NCBI RefSeq assembly: GCF_001194135.2 | Contig: NC_068983.1 | Coordinates: 22,419,327-22,483,326, forward strand | DNA: 64,000 nt | Direction of reading: 5' to 3' | From: Octopus bimaculoides | Taxonomy: Eukaryota | In this document: one piece after another, positions 26,474 to 39,730 of the stretch | Layout of the letters: each line of letters begins with the position of its first letter | Position numbering within the stretch: the stretch's first letter is position 1 | Translations under genes and position numbers: made by a program | The notes under the pieces: generated by a model | Told to the model about the DNA's origin: nothing | What the model saw: the letters and a program-made list of their open reading frames with translations, nothing else | Database searches by the model: none

Positions 26474-26840
26474 CCTTTTAGCATCCAAATCACTTGTCAA
26501 ATGTAAGCACACTGGACAAAATACTTAATGGCATTTCTTCTTTATGTTCTGAGTTCAAATTCTGCCACGGTTGACTTTTCATCTTTTTGGGGTTGATGAA
26601 ATAAGTATCAGTTGAGCACTGGGGTCAATGTAATTGACTGGTCCATCCCACAAAAATTTCAAGCCTTGTGCTTTATATATAGTAAAAAGGATTATTTTAA
26701 ATTAATCATGCATTATCTCATAGCTTTCAAATTTTTATATAGTTGTTTATTTTTAGGTGTGAGAGACCAGATGTGACCAGTTTGAACATAAGACAGGTAG
26801 AATATTTGGGCCATACATGACCAGTTGAAATGCTGTAGAG
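26474..26840 (+). mobile_element. piggyBac-type MITE D1 with a nested B2 SINE (~26510-26690)
   Basis: ttaa-ccttttagcat...tgctgtagag-ttaa; D1 halves lie on either side of B2 sequence. Confidence 0.65.
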
Positions 26841-27175
26841 TTAACACAGTCATCAGAACTTTTAATGGCCACCAAATAAAGGATGCTATCCTCAAACCAT
26901 AGATTTGCACCAAAATGCCCCCCCCCCACCACACACACCGAACACTTGTAGCATTGTAGCCGCACACCCGCTCAGTGCAAAAGGCATTCAAGGGCTAGGT
27001 GTGGTGACATTAAATCAGATGACAGATAATGTCTACTATCCAAAAACAGGAACAGTCTCACCAACTGGTTCTCACACAGCTGCCATGTATCCAATTTCAC
27101 TCTCAGTAATTTGGTCGACTCCAAACTCTAGAAGACACTTCTCCAAGGTGTTGTACAGTAAGACTGAACCTGAAA

Positions 27176-27357
27176 GGTAGCGAGCCTGCTTAGCGGTATT
27201 GACGTTCTGAGTTCAAATCCCGCCGAGGTTGACTTTGCCTTTCATCCTTTCAGGGTCGATAAATTAAGTACCAGTTACGCACTGGAGTTGATATAATCGA
27301 CTTAATCCCTTTGTTTGTCTCCTCTATGTTTAGCCCCTTGTGGGCAATAAAGAAATT
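27176..27357 (+). mobile_element. SINE B1 (internally deleted), inserted in an old SINE A
   Basis: B1 body and tail; ~15-bp TSD aga(c/t)tgaacctgaaa on both sides. Confidence 0.85.
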
Positions 27358-27716
27358 AGATTGAACCTGAAACCATATCGTTATGAAGAAGTTTATGATC
27401 ATACAACTGGGAACTAAATTTAAAACTTCAGAAAGCAAGACATCTGCTAAGTATTCACTCAATAACCTTTGCGATGCAGTAACTGCACTTATCAGTCATG
27501 TACTGCATCCTAGCAACATTTGAAGTTAACAGTTATTGATGCTGTTGTTAACCTTAGCTATATCTGATCTGGGCTGCTTGGGTTGAATTACAGACCTGTT
27601 TAAAATCATCATTATAATGAAATAACCTTCTTTAGGGAGGAGTCTAATACAACAGCAAATATACCGAACTTAAATGAGTAGAAATAATTTAAGAATAAAA
27701 AGTACTCCCCCTAGTA

Positions 27717-28011
27717 CAGGGGTTTTCAAACTTTTTGACTTGCAGATTCCTTTATATTTCAGGCTTTACTTTAGGGACCTCCTTATAAACGCTTATGAAA
27801 TTTATACATAAATATTTGCTTAAAATAACATATTTTTACATTTATTTATTTAACAGTATTTAACAAATAGGTTTATTGTCAATTAAAAGATTTCGATTAA
27901 AAAACATATATAAAATCAAATCGCCCATAAAAAGTATTTGCTGTCCACGGACCCCTTGTCTTGTCCATGCGGACCCCCTGTGGTCCGCGGACCACAGTTT
28001 GAAAACCCCTG
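27717..28011. mobile_element. hAT Buster-type MITE, complete (295 bp)
   Basis: Perfect TIRs caggggttttcaaact / agtttgaaaacccctg; perfect 8-bp TSD ccctagta at 27709-16 and 28012-19 (NNNTANNN). Confidence 0.95.
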
Positions 28012-28589
28012 CCCTAGTATATAACTATGATGATGACAATTGTTGCCATATTATCTTAGGGAAAGAACACACTGGACATTGATCCAAGATACATTATGTC
28101 TCTAAAACAAAAGCGAAATTTTCACCGCTGGAAATACCTTTTGATTATAAGACTGCTTGATTGGAGCTGGCCTCAGGTCAAATCATAACAATGACAACAA
28201 TCAAATGATCTAACTGCACCAAGAGAGCCCCTTAAGTACACAACAAATCAGTTACAGCGCATTTAAGCTCAAAACTTATGAATTGATAGCTCAAACAGAG
28301 CTGTCTCAGACAAGCTATCCATCAATAATAACTGCCACTTTACTAATCTCACAAAATTTAGTCAGTTCTGTGCCTAATGGTCACATCTAATGTTGTTAGA
28401 AATATAAAAATGATTACCATATTCCAATATAAAAAGCATGGGTTATATAACTAAATAAATGAACAAATAAATAAAAGTAATATTGATTCTTCTGATAGAT
28501 ATAGTGCAAACATATAACACTGTGCATTCAAGTTTAAAGTTCAGGAAGATTTACATATTACATAGCATCTTATCTATGTTATCTGTGTG

Positions 28590-28935
<346 letters not shown>

Positions 28936-29662
28936 CTAAAACACACATACAAACATGGTGTTTTGAACATCTACTTTACAAAACTATTGACACACAAAAG
29001 AAAAAAGGTGGTTTAGTACAAGTAACAAAATAATGAAGAGTGAGAGGAGGAAAAGTTGGAGTAAAGAGAGAAAGAAAAGCAGACATGGCGAGAGGAAGAC
29101 AGAACCACAAAATGGTTCTCTGGAACTCTCAATGGAAGTATGAGTTCAACCTACCTCCCCCCATTCAGATATCAGCGGCAGTACCACCACCACTACATCA
29201 CCATCCCCGCAACAACCATGGTCAAGATAAAATTGATGGAATGAAACTAAGACCATTTTAACAGACAAGAAGCATTAATGTTAAGCTAAGTTGATATGTT
29301 ACAGTTCTTTAATAACAGACAAGATGAAAGAGGGGAAAGCGCATGTGTGGGGGAGGGTGATAAAAAGAAGAAGAAAAAAATCTCATGATAAAGAAGAACA
29401 AAGAGAGGAAGAAGAAGAGACACCATTAAAAGCAATAATAGAGTAGTGAGGAAGCTAATGTCAGGGAGAAGATCTAACCACAATTGACTAGATAAAAGAT
29501 CAATATCACTAATCATAAAAAGCAGATGAAGATATACATTAAATCTCAATACAACAATATGGCAATCCCTTTATGTACAAAATTCCATGGTTTTCTGCTT
29601 AGTTTTAATTTGTACAAAGTTTTTTTTTCTTTGTTGCTGCTATTGTTAATTTACTTTTCTTT

Positions 29663-29695
<33 letters not shown>

Positions 29696-29946
29696 ATGTT
29701 AGTACAATCAAATGTTATAGAGCAAGACGCAAACATTTGCTAAGAAGAGACAACAAAATGGTGGTATGAGGTCACTGCTTGAAGACATTTACTTCAGATA
29801 CACCACTTACTGCCATTGGAAAAGGCATAAACATCACACAACTTCAATTTCATCTTCTCACAAGTAAAATAAGCAGCAAATATATTTGACCTTTTCTGCT
29901 AAATTGTGTGATATTTTGAGTTATAGTTCTAATTGTTTTTGACATG

Positions 29947-30136
29947 TCAAGGAATGACGATTCTTTTGCCGTGCTGCCAAAGGGAGACAATTTTCCAACC
30001 ATGCTGCAAAGAAGAGACAATTCTGTAATCAAGCTGCCAAAGGGGTACCAATTTGACTGGGATATTGCTGAAGAGTATGGACAGTACAGTCATCGTATGG
30101 TCAAGGGATGACAATTCAGTTACTATACTGCCAGAA
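29947..30136. repeat. Degenerate ~30-bp tandem repeat, about 6 units
   Basis: Recurring (g)ctgccaaagggagacaatt-like motif at ~30-bp spacing. Confidence 0.6.
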
Positions 30137-31833
30137 CTGTCGTCCTGCTACCATACTACAAAGGAACAACAATTCTACAACACAATGCTACCAAGTAATG
30201 CTAATTCTGCTACTAATACTGCCATGGCTTTTGGCAATCTCATCAGGCAGAAAAAAAAACAATCAGATTTGTTGATCTTAGCTACAAATGCCTAAAAGTA
30301 CTTGCAAATAAACGGACTAATTAACACAAAAGTCACTCTCAAACAACACACTCAAACCTCTGACCCACAGACATGCTGTCTCCCCATTGCCTTTGCTGCA
30401 GTGTGACCTCTGCTCCTCAAAGCACACTGATCTTATCCAGCTTCCACACAGGCATTCCTGACTCAATCCATCTTGTCTTGTCGCCCCTGCCCTTGAGTCA
30501 AAAGCTCACCAACCATAACCTTCAGTTCCTGCAGCAGCCACTAGGTCCAGTTCTTCCTCTCCAGTTATTTCCTGCAGCTAGAAACTAAAAACTACAGATA
30601 CAGCACCACCTTTCCAGATACCAATGGTCAAGAACCTCTTATAATCCATAATTTATCAGTAAGAACTTCTAATTTCTGTAGTTGCTACACTAGTTTACTG
30701 GGCAGCTCTATTCCACAGTACCTTGTACTGAACAGGATTAATAAGCTTGTGTTATCTATACAAGTACCTGTATTTCATATACTTATTGAAGTAAATTTGA
30801 TGTTTGTTTAATTTAGAGGTGACACCCCTCATGCATTCAGTAATCTTGGAAGGGTTTGGAATAGAAAGTTCCAGAAAATCCATGCTGTACCTGTATTAAA
30901 AAAAAAACATATTAACCAGTTTTGGAAGGCCTGCAAAAGAACACAGGCATAGATCTTGGTTTAAATTACTATATTATACAGGTCAATCACTGGTATAAAT
31001 CTGATAAATTTCAACGAGACCTAATAATATAGCATGTCATGTAACATGATTATCAGACATTTCTGTATGTGAAAACATATTGTTTATAGCTTAGTATTTA
31101 GTTTAAATGCAAAAAAGGGAAGGAAAAAACGATATGTGGGTTATAGCACAATTATATGATAAACACCAAATATGCTTCCAGCACAGAAATGTTTGATGAT
31201 TAACAAGGCATTCCACAAGTCTAATAAAAATTAATGGATGCCTATCAAAGTAAAAATCAGCATTATATTTTGGTACAACAGCTTGCACAACTGATTACAT
31301 ATACCTGAGTTCAAACAAGCATTGTTGTGTCTATCGACAAAAGACCAACCAATTCATACTTCTTCAGTCTGCTAAGCTCACAAACAGGTTCTAATTTTAC
31401 CAATGCAGTTGTATTGTTAATATAAAGCAGAAAAGAGCATCTAGCAGCAAACAGAATTTCTTCTGCAATACATAAATTTGCATTAAAACAAAAAATAAAA
31501 AAAATTTTTTTAAATGTTAATAAATCCAGCCATACCAGTATATGGGGCAGAGGTTGGATAAAAACAGTAGAACTTGTTATTATTAAATATTGTTTAGAAT
31601 TCATTTTACCATATTTGCTTCAGGGCTTGCTTACACCCCCTACACTGGGAGAAATGTTGCAGTTGATTGTCTTCTTGTTGTGAACCAACTATGAGGTAAA
31701 AGAAAAGTACCTAACCTGTTTTTGTTAGTCTGGTGAAACTGGAATTAAATAGAGTTATACGTCTCGCTCACAGGCATCACACAGTTACTATGATGGTATA
31801 TCTTAGATTTATGATCACATAGTACGCTTGTGT

Positions 31834-32217
31834 GGAGGCGCAATGGCCCAGTGGTTAGGGCAGCGGACTCGCGGTCATAGGATCGCGGTTTCGATTCCCA
31901 GACCGGGTGCTATGAGTGTTTATTGAGCGAAAACACCTAAAAGCTCCACGAAGCTCCGGCAGGGGATGGTGGCTAACCCTGCTGTACTCTTCCACCACAA
32001 CTTTCTCTCACTCTTTCTTCCTGTTTCTGTTATGCCTGTAATTCAAAGGGTCAGCCTTGTCACACTGCGTCACGCTGAATATCCCCGAGAACTACGTCAA
32101 GGGTACATGTGTCTGTGGAGTGCTCAGCCACTTGCACGTTAATTTCACGAGCAAGCTGTTCCGTTGATCGATCAACTGGAACCCTCGACATCGTAAGCAA
32201 CGAAATTCCAACAACAA
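31834..32217 (+). mobile_element. tRNA(Arg)-like SINE, full length and young (octopus OR-type by resemblance)
   Basis: Box A tggcccagtgg, box B gtttcgattcc, gactcgcggtc anticodon-arm remnant, (CAA)n tail; the family name is from memory and unverified. Confidence 0.75.
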
Positions 32218-32524
32218 GTACTCCTGTGACATTCTTAATTGGCCATCTGCAAAGCTTTCTATTCTTTAATAAAGGGAGTATGATTAATATGGGAAGCTGC
32301 ATGGTATTTGATCATGTTTGCTAGTGAGATGCTAATGTGATGTGTTTATATACACATAAACAATAGTTTCCTGTAAATAAACATTCACACATGTTTTATT
32401 ATCATTTAGTTAAAAGAAAAGAGGAAAACCGAAGGCTTTTCCAGGCTCTTGCACATGGATGAGATCAACATTCTTACTTTTCAGTTTAAACTACTGAGTT
32501 AATGCTACTGTTTAACTGAGTCTA

Positions 32525-32749
32525 TAATTCATTATTGCCCACAAGGGGCTAAACATAGAGGGGACAAACAAGGACAGACAAAGGGATTAAGTCGATTACA
32601 TCGACCTCAGTATGTAACTGGTACTTGTTTAATCGACCCTGAAAGGATGAAAGGCAAAGTTGACCTCGGCGGAATTTGAACTCGGAATGTAGCGGCAGAC
32701 GAAATACCGCTAACCATTTCGCCTGGCGTGCTAACGATTCTGCCAGCAA
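32525..32749 (-). mobile_element. SINE family B1
   Basis: Near-consensus B1; 12-bp TSD taactgagtcta at 32513-24 and 32750-61. Confidence 0.92.
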
Positions 32750-33204
32750 TAACTGAGTCTAGTATATGATATAATCTCCCTATTGCATAAAGATAAGCAG
32801 ACAAAAAAAAAAAAGTAACCACTGTGAGTACTGCACTCAGTAATATAACCATTCTGCTAATGGTGAAATCTTCATGCCAATATTAAGCTTTACGACTGCT
32901 ATTACTGCTACTTCTACTCCTTCATTAAGTCTTTGAGACATATAGTTATGTACATGTTCAGATGAGTCAACAACTGAGCCTTGTACACGGTTGGTTTCAT
33001 AAGCAGAAGATAAATATAGCTGTCAAAGCTACCTCACATCACAACCCCAGTCTTTCAATAATCAAAAACAAACAAAAAAAATTTTCTTTTAAAACACCAA
33101 TAATATAGCCCTGATGCTCAAATTAAAATTGGGATGAGCATAGCTGGAATACCTTTGATCAATCGGTCTTCTTGAACAGAGCTGAAATGCGGTAAAATAA
33201 TTTC

Positions 33205-33590
33205 TTTGCTAACATATGCACAGACATGGCTTCAGGTTCAGCTCCACTGCACAGCACTTTGGGCAAGTGTCTTCTAGTATAGCCGTGAACTGACAAATGC
33301 CTTGCAAGTGAATTTGGGAGATGGAAACTGTGTGTAAGCCTTTGACTGACCGATGGATCGATCGATCGATCGATTGGTCGATCTTTGTGCTGGTCGCCCC
33401 ACCACCACCATTTGACCAATGGTACTGGTTTGTTTTCCCCCACCCACCCACCTTAACTCCAACAAAAAAAAAAACAATAGACTTTAAAAAATAGTACTAG
33501 AGACAATTTGTTTGATAAAAACCTGTTAAGGCATTGCTCCATCATGGTCACAGTCTTATGACTGAAACAAGTAAAAAAAACAAGTAAAAA
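33205..33590 (+). mobile_element. Older SINE A copy with (GATC)n in place of the central microsatellite
   Basis: Degenerate A head and tail around gaccgatggatcgatcgatcgatcgattggtc. Confidence 0.7.
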
Positions 33591-33918
33591 GATAAAATAG
33601 ATAAGCACAAGGCTGAAACTTTGAAGAGAAGAGGAAGGCTTAATCAAATTTNNNNNNNNNNNNNNNNNNNNNNNNNNNNNNNNNNNNNNNNNNNNNNNNN
33701 NNNNNNNNNNNNNNNNNNNNNNNNNNNNNNNNNNNNNNNNNNNNNNNNNNNNNNNNNNNNNNNNNNNNNNNNNNNNNNNNNNNNNNNNNNNNNNNNNNNN
33801 NNNNNNNNNNNNNNNNNNNNNNNNNNNNNNNNNNNNNNNNNNNNNNNNNNNNNNNNNNNNNNNNNNNNNNNNNNNNNNNNNNNNNNNNNNNNNNNNNNNN
33901 NNNNNNNNNNNNNNNNNN

Positions 33919-34170
33919 ATGTATATATATATGTGTGTATGTATGTGTGTTTGTGTGTCTGTGTTTGTCCCCCCACCATCACTTGACAACCGATAGTGGT
34001 GTGTTTACGTCCCTGTAACTTAGCGGTTCGGCAAAAGAGACCGATAGAATAAGTACTAGGCTTCCAAAGAATAAGTCCTGGGGGCGATTTGCTCGACTAA
34101 AGGCGGTGCTCCAGCATGGCTGCAGTCAAATGACTGAAACATGGCTGCAGTCAAATGACTGAAACAAGTA
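33919..34170 (+). mobile_element. SINE family A 3' half with a duplicated tail
   Basis: Near-consensus; 25-bp tandem duplication at 34115-34164. Confidence 0.88.
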
Positions 34171-34906
34171 AAAAAAAAAAAAAATCTCCAGAAAGATCAA
34201 ACGCAAAGTTAACCTCAGCGGGATCTGAACCCAGAACACAGACGTCCAGAACAAATCACTTGCAATGCATTCTACCTACTGCTGTACAACACTGCCAATT
34301 CACCACTCTTCCTGGAGAGAGGTGTTATGGTTATATACACACAAATATTCCAACTATAGACATAAATATTCCAAAGTAAATATTCAAACAAACAGTTGGT
34401 GGTAATGGCATGTGAGGCAATTCAATAAGGTATTTTTCTCCAATATACACACACCTACAAATCATAACATGTCAATATTATGTAGTTCTTGCATGAAAGA
34501 GAGGTAAGTTCATTACAGATATATGTAGCTGTTATATAGACAATAATACACTTCACATGCCTGATCACAATTAATCCATAGTTGAGCTATAGATTAATCA
34601 CTTCCGAGAAGGATCTTGATCTTTTTATTTTCATTGCTGTTGTTATCGTTGTTGGTAATCAGTATTACATTACAAATAGAATAATAATAGCTGAACACCA
34701 CCAAAGTAAAGAAAACAACACCTTCGCTCAGCTGCTGTACACTTACAAACACAAACATGACCACACACACAGAGAAGGTAAAGCATATACAGACAAAGCA
34801 AAACGTAGACACAGCCCAGGCAAAAACAAAGTAAAACACACACAGAGACAAAGTAAAACACATGCACACACACACACACACACACGCACACGGATAAAAC
34901 ATACAC

Positions 34907-34944
<38 letters not shown>

Positions 34945-36058
34945 AAAACACATACAGAAGTAAAATACAAACAGAAACAAAACACCTGCACACATTGCTT
35001 AAGCTCTAGTAAAAAAGAAAAGAAAAAAAACTAATCATTATGTGCAGGCATGACTGTTTGATTAAGATGCTAGCTTTGTGACCATGTGGTTTTGAGTTCA
35101 GTCCCACTATGCAGCACCCTGGGAAAATTATTGCCTTGTGAGTGAATATAGTAAACAGAAAGCGTGTGGAAGCCTAAGATTGTATCATTGTGTGTTGCTA
35201 AATAAATCTTTGCAAGTCCATGTCTCATCATTCAGGTCCCTACCCTAACCCCTTCAATTACTCCTTTCTCCCTGAAAAAATGAAATCTCAGAAATTCACT
35301 TCCCAATCATAGATATATTCACATGCATCAATTTCGTAAGTATTGTAGGACCAGCAACCATCATGATCACAGCTCTTTCATATAAGACACACACATATAT
35401 GGGAAAAACTTTATCTTACAAACAGTTGTCTTAATTCACATATAGTTATACACTTGGGCTATAATTTTGAATACTTAATTGGTAAATTTTGAATACCTAA
35501 ATGGTAAATTAGTATTTCTCTGAAGAACTACTTGTGAAACAAGACAGCTGGCTTGTAAGAATGAATATTATTTGATAAAACTTCACAAATGTATTTGTAT
35601 TGAGTACTTTTCATTCACAATGTCAGTAATAACTGTATTTAACCATATATATTTATATATATCACCATCATTGTTTAACGTCCACTTTCCATGCTGGCAT
35701 GGGTTGGATGAAGAAATGTATATACATATGCACAGCGCTCATCATGTGAAAAGCATTCTACAGCCTGATGCCCTTCCTGATGCCAACCCCCACCTGTTGC
35801 CAAGCGAGGTAGTTTTTTCCCTCTCTCTCTCTCTCTCTCTCTATCGGAGAGGCACAAGCACCTACACTCACATATACACACGTGGCAGTAACTTCCAGCT
35901 ATCAAATTCAATCACAAAGCTTCAGTCGGTCTGGGGCTATAGCAGAAGATACCTGCCCAGGGTGCCATGCGGTGGGACTGAACCCAAAACTATGTAGTTG
36001 GGAAGCAAGCTTCCTAACCACACAGCCATGCCCGTGCCTACATATATACATTATATAT

Positions 36059-36178
36059 AAGGCGGTGAGCTGGCAGAAATGTTAGCACGCCGGGCAAAAT
36101 GCTTAGTGGTATTTCGTGTCTTTACATTCTGAATTGAAATTTCGAGGTCAACTTTGCCTTTCATCTTTACGGGGTCAT
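36059..36178 (+). mobile_element. SINE B head, adjacent to a minus-strand SINE A fragment (~35885-36040)
   Basis: ggcggtgagctggcagaaatgttagcacgccggg... Confidence 0.8.
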
Positions 36179-36221
36179 ATAGAGACAGTCAGCCAAACAC
36201 ACAGGCACACAGGCATGCATG

Positions 36222-36274
<53 letters not shown>

Positions 36275-37719
36275 GCTTAGCACAGATTTCATCTATCAAA
36301 CTCACTCAAAAGACATTAAATGTCCTAGGGTTATAGTAAAAGACACTCGCCCATTCTATTTAACACTGATTGTGAAGGTCGATGTGCTCAACTAATTTAC
36401 AACATAGTCAAGCATTCAAACATTACAAACTATAAAGCTTAGGTGTTAAATGCATATGAACAAGGCACATCATTCTACTTGCTTCAGTCAGCAAGGCTGA
36501 CAAAGCATTGACTAAGAGCAGATTGGATTTCTTTAATAGTTGGATGCTTAACAATAGAAAAGACATCCAGCTGTAAAAGTAATTTGCAAAAACAATATGC
36601 AAAAGCAATGAGCTGAAGAAGGAAAAAAAAAAAGAACTATCTTATTCATGGAAGCATCAATGGAAATACATGCAACAAATGCGTGTGTGTAAGCATGTAT
36701 GACTGTATTGAATGAAATAATGCTTAGTCTTATGATGGTATACAAAGATGTTGTCAACCTGCAAAACAATGCAGGTAATTCAGTGTTCAAACAAAAGGAG
36801 CAACAATTTAATCCAGGTGAGAGAATCTCACAAGACCACACTTCTCATAATGCATACATAATTTTGCAAACAAAAATCATTTTAATTAATTGTACCGTCA
36901 CTTTCTTGAGTTCAAAGCACACGTACTAAAACTACAGGATAATCCAGTAGTACACCAGCAGATTACATAAGATTATTTCTGTTACCATAGCAATACCTCA
37001 TGAGCAATTAAAACTAATCCAATCAAGTGAAAAAAAAAATACTTAATTATGATACAGTGCTGTGCACCTGAGTAATGAAAAGATCTAAAAACAAAAACAA
37101 AAATCAAAGGCCATGTTTATGAGAAAACATCTAGTCAAGATGGCTGAAAAACTAAAAATAAAATTAATAAAAACTTAGAAAAAGTTTAAACAGCAAAGAA
37201 AAAAAACAAAGCTAAATTCAATATGAACATAATCCACACTATAATCCACAGCTTAAGGCCAAATAATAGGATGAGAAGACACATCAACATGAATGAAGAG
37301 GAGAAAAAGAGAGAGAGAGACTAATATATGTCAAAGAAACAACATAGGAATGAAGACTCATGGGAGTTATTTTTCGTCTTCAGTTAGTTCTTTGAAGTAT
37401 CATCCAGTCCATCATTGCTGCTGCTGCTATTAACAACAATAACAGCAGCAGCATCCTTAATTTGTTTAGGGATTTTTTTGTTTTTTTGTTGTTGTCTTTT
37501 AATGCAGAAGACAGCATGGAATTTTTAAGTCAGTCATTTATCAATTTAAACAGTCGAAGAAATGGAGGTAAAGTCAGTTCAATTGGAAAACTGAATTTTT
37601 GAGTGAGAGCACTTCATTTTAACACACTCACAAACAAACAAAAAGCAAATTCTAGAAACTCAAGAATAATAGAGATTAGTAAAAAAAAACAAAAAAAAAA
37701 AACAACTAAGAAATAATTA

Positions 37720-37790
37720 TTTATATTATTTACATTTGACGGATATTTGTCCTCATCTTGTTTGTTAACACAACGTTTCGGCTGATATAC
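37720..37790 (-). mobile_element. 71-bp 5'-truncated insertion, probably a Penelope-like pseudo-LTR end, carrying the 3' half of a minimal hammerhead
   Basis: 12-bp TSD aagaaataatta at 37708-19 and 37791-802; minus strand reads gtatatcagcc-GAAAC-GTT-gtgtt. Confidence 0.6.
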
Positions 37791-38025
37791 AAGAAATAAT
37801 TAACAAACAATTTGCTGGCTTAAATGTTACAGATGAATTTCTCGCTTTTCATCCTTTGAATAGACTTCGATAACAATAATCATATTTAATTTGTTAAATG
37901 TGAACAGTCCCCAGAGTTGAACCTGCTTTCTCCCTTTGCAACATATCTACTACAGTTTAAATAGTTGCTTTTGGATTAGAACTCTGGCCAGTACTGTTTA
38001 AGATTTTGTGCCACAAAGCCTTTAA

Positions 38026-38240
38026 CCCTTTAGCATTCAGATAACTCATTCAAATGTAATGCCTATTTATCCACATTGTTTTGAATTAATCATGCATTAC
38101 TTCATGGCTTTAGAATGTCAGTGCTGTGATTGCTATTTTTAGAATGACATTGTAGGGTAGGTGTAAGAGGCTGGGTTTGATCAGTTTGAACATGAATCAG
38201 GTAGAATATTTGGGTTACCTTTGACTACTTTAACTGTTCA
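38026..38240 (+). mobile_element. piggyBac-type MITE D1, right end decayed
   Basis: ttaa-ccctttagcattcagat... matches D1. Confidence 0.75.
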
Positions 38241-38886
38241 AAGTCTTGCCACAGAATGAACACTTTAAACAAAGCATATATTATCAAGATTTCTAGTCAT
38301 TAGTATTCTGCCTTTATCGTAGGCACATTGTTCAACAGAACAGCCAACGAGAGCCCTTATGCAGCCACTTGGCCTGCTAGAAATATCACCCAAATCTCCA
38401 TCAAATTAGATCCTACTGTCTTAAGAAAGGACACATTGATACTCCTAAAAATATGAGACAGTCACAACTGAAATGCCATTGATTGGTACATTTGATTAGA
38501 ACTAACCTGGAGCTGAATAGCAACATCTTACGATAATACAGTCCCCATTTTTAAAAATTAGCAATGGACCTACTTCCGTATAGCAATAAAAGGTAAAGAA
38601 TAAAACACGTACAGAATTAGCAACATCAGCATTTAAAATCCACATTTCCATGCTTGCTTGTAAGAGTCATATAAAATTTGTTCAGGCAGATTCTTTTACA
38701 CAGTCAAATGCCCTCCCTACTACCAATCTTCACCTGTTTCCAAGCAACTACCCTGTAACTAGACAGGTTTTTCACAGAAGACTGGAAATAAACAACATTG
38801 CTAGTATAACAAAGATGCTAAACAAGGCTACACACATACACAAGCACACACACATACACACACACATTGGGCCTCTTTCAGTTTCT

Positions 38887-39120
38887 TATTTCTTTATTGC
38901 CCACAAGGGGCTACACACAGAGGGGACAAACAAGAACAGACAAATAGATTAAGTCAATTATATCAACCCCAGTGCGTAACTGATACTTAATTTATCGACC
39001 CCGAAAGGATGAAAGGCAAAGTCAACCTCGGCGGAATTTGAACTCAGAATGTAACGGCAGACGAAACACCGCTAAGCATTTCGCCCAGCGTGCTAACATT
39101 TCTGCCAGCTCACCGCCTTA
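38887..39120 (-). mobile_element. SINE B1, full length, nested in a minus-strand SINE A
   Basis: Near-consensus; ~10-bp TSD tttca(g/a)tttc. Confidence 0.9.
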
Positions 39121-39730
39121 TTTCAATTTCTATCTACCAAATCAACTCACAAGACTTTGGTCAGCCTAGGGCCATAATAAAAGACATGGTGCTACGCAGT
39201 ATGACTGAAGACTTCATAGTTGGGAAGCAAGCTTCTTACCCCCACACAGCCATGCCCACACCTATAGAAATACTGAATTTTTTTAAATACATGATGTGCA
39301 TGTATTAGCTAATGCTCTACTGAAGAATAAATACTTCAATGACAGCATTTGAGCTAAACATTGCAACATTTGAATTTACTGAGTAAACATTTCATCCTGT
39401 TCAACAGATGTTTACAACACTAATAAAATGTTATATGGATATAACTATTGTTCTAAGGCTATTTTTCCTGCTAAAGTCGGAGTCAAACTAGCAGAGCCCA
39501 TGACAGTTTTCTCCATTTTGCTTTACCCTCTACATCCCCATCTTATCAACCACCTTCAATTTCTCCTCAACCATTTTCAGCTATATCTTTCCTCTTCTAT
39601 TTGCTTCCTATATCCATTTCCATCACTTACCACCCATCTTCCCTTAGCACATGATCCAACTATTTTCTTTTCATAACATCTATTACTGGCTGTCTTTATA
39701 GTGTGTGTGTGTACATTTTATTTTAATATA

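Noticed and set aside
31834-31905. tRNA-like sequence (also the heads of families A and B)
   Set aside because: No acceptor stem closure, and it continues into a SINE body; a SINE head, not a tRNA gene
34486-34509. Plus-strand 18-nt exon-like site with GTAAGT; also a plus-strand polyT-CAG|GTGGGT at 45980-46001
   Set aside because: On the strand opposite the inferred host, with a weak acceptor in the first case. They show that such sites arise by chance, which also limits confidence in the minus-strand candidates
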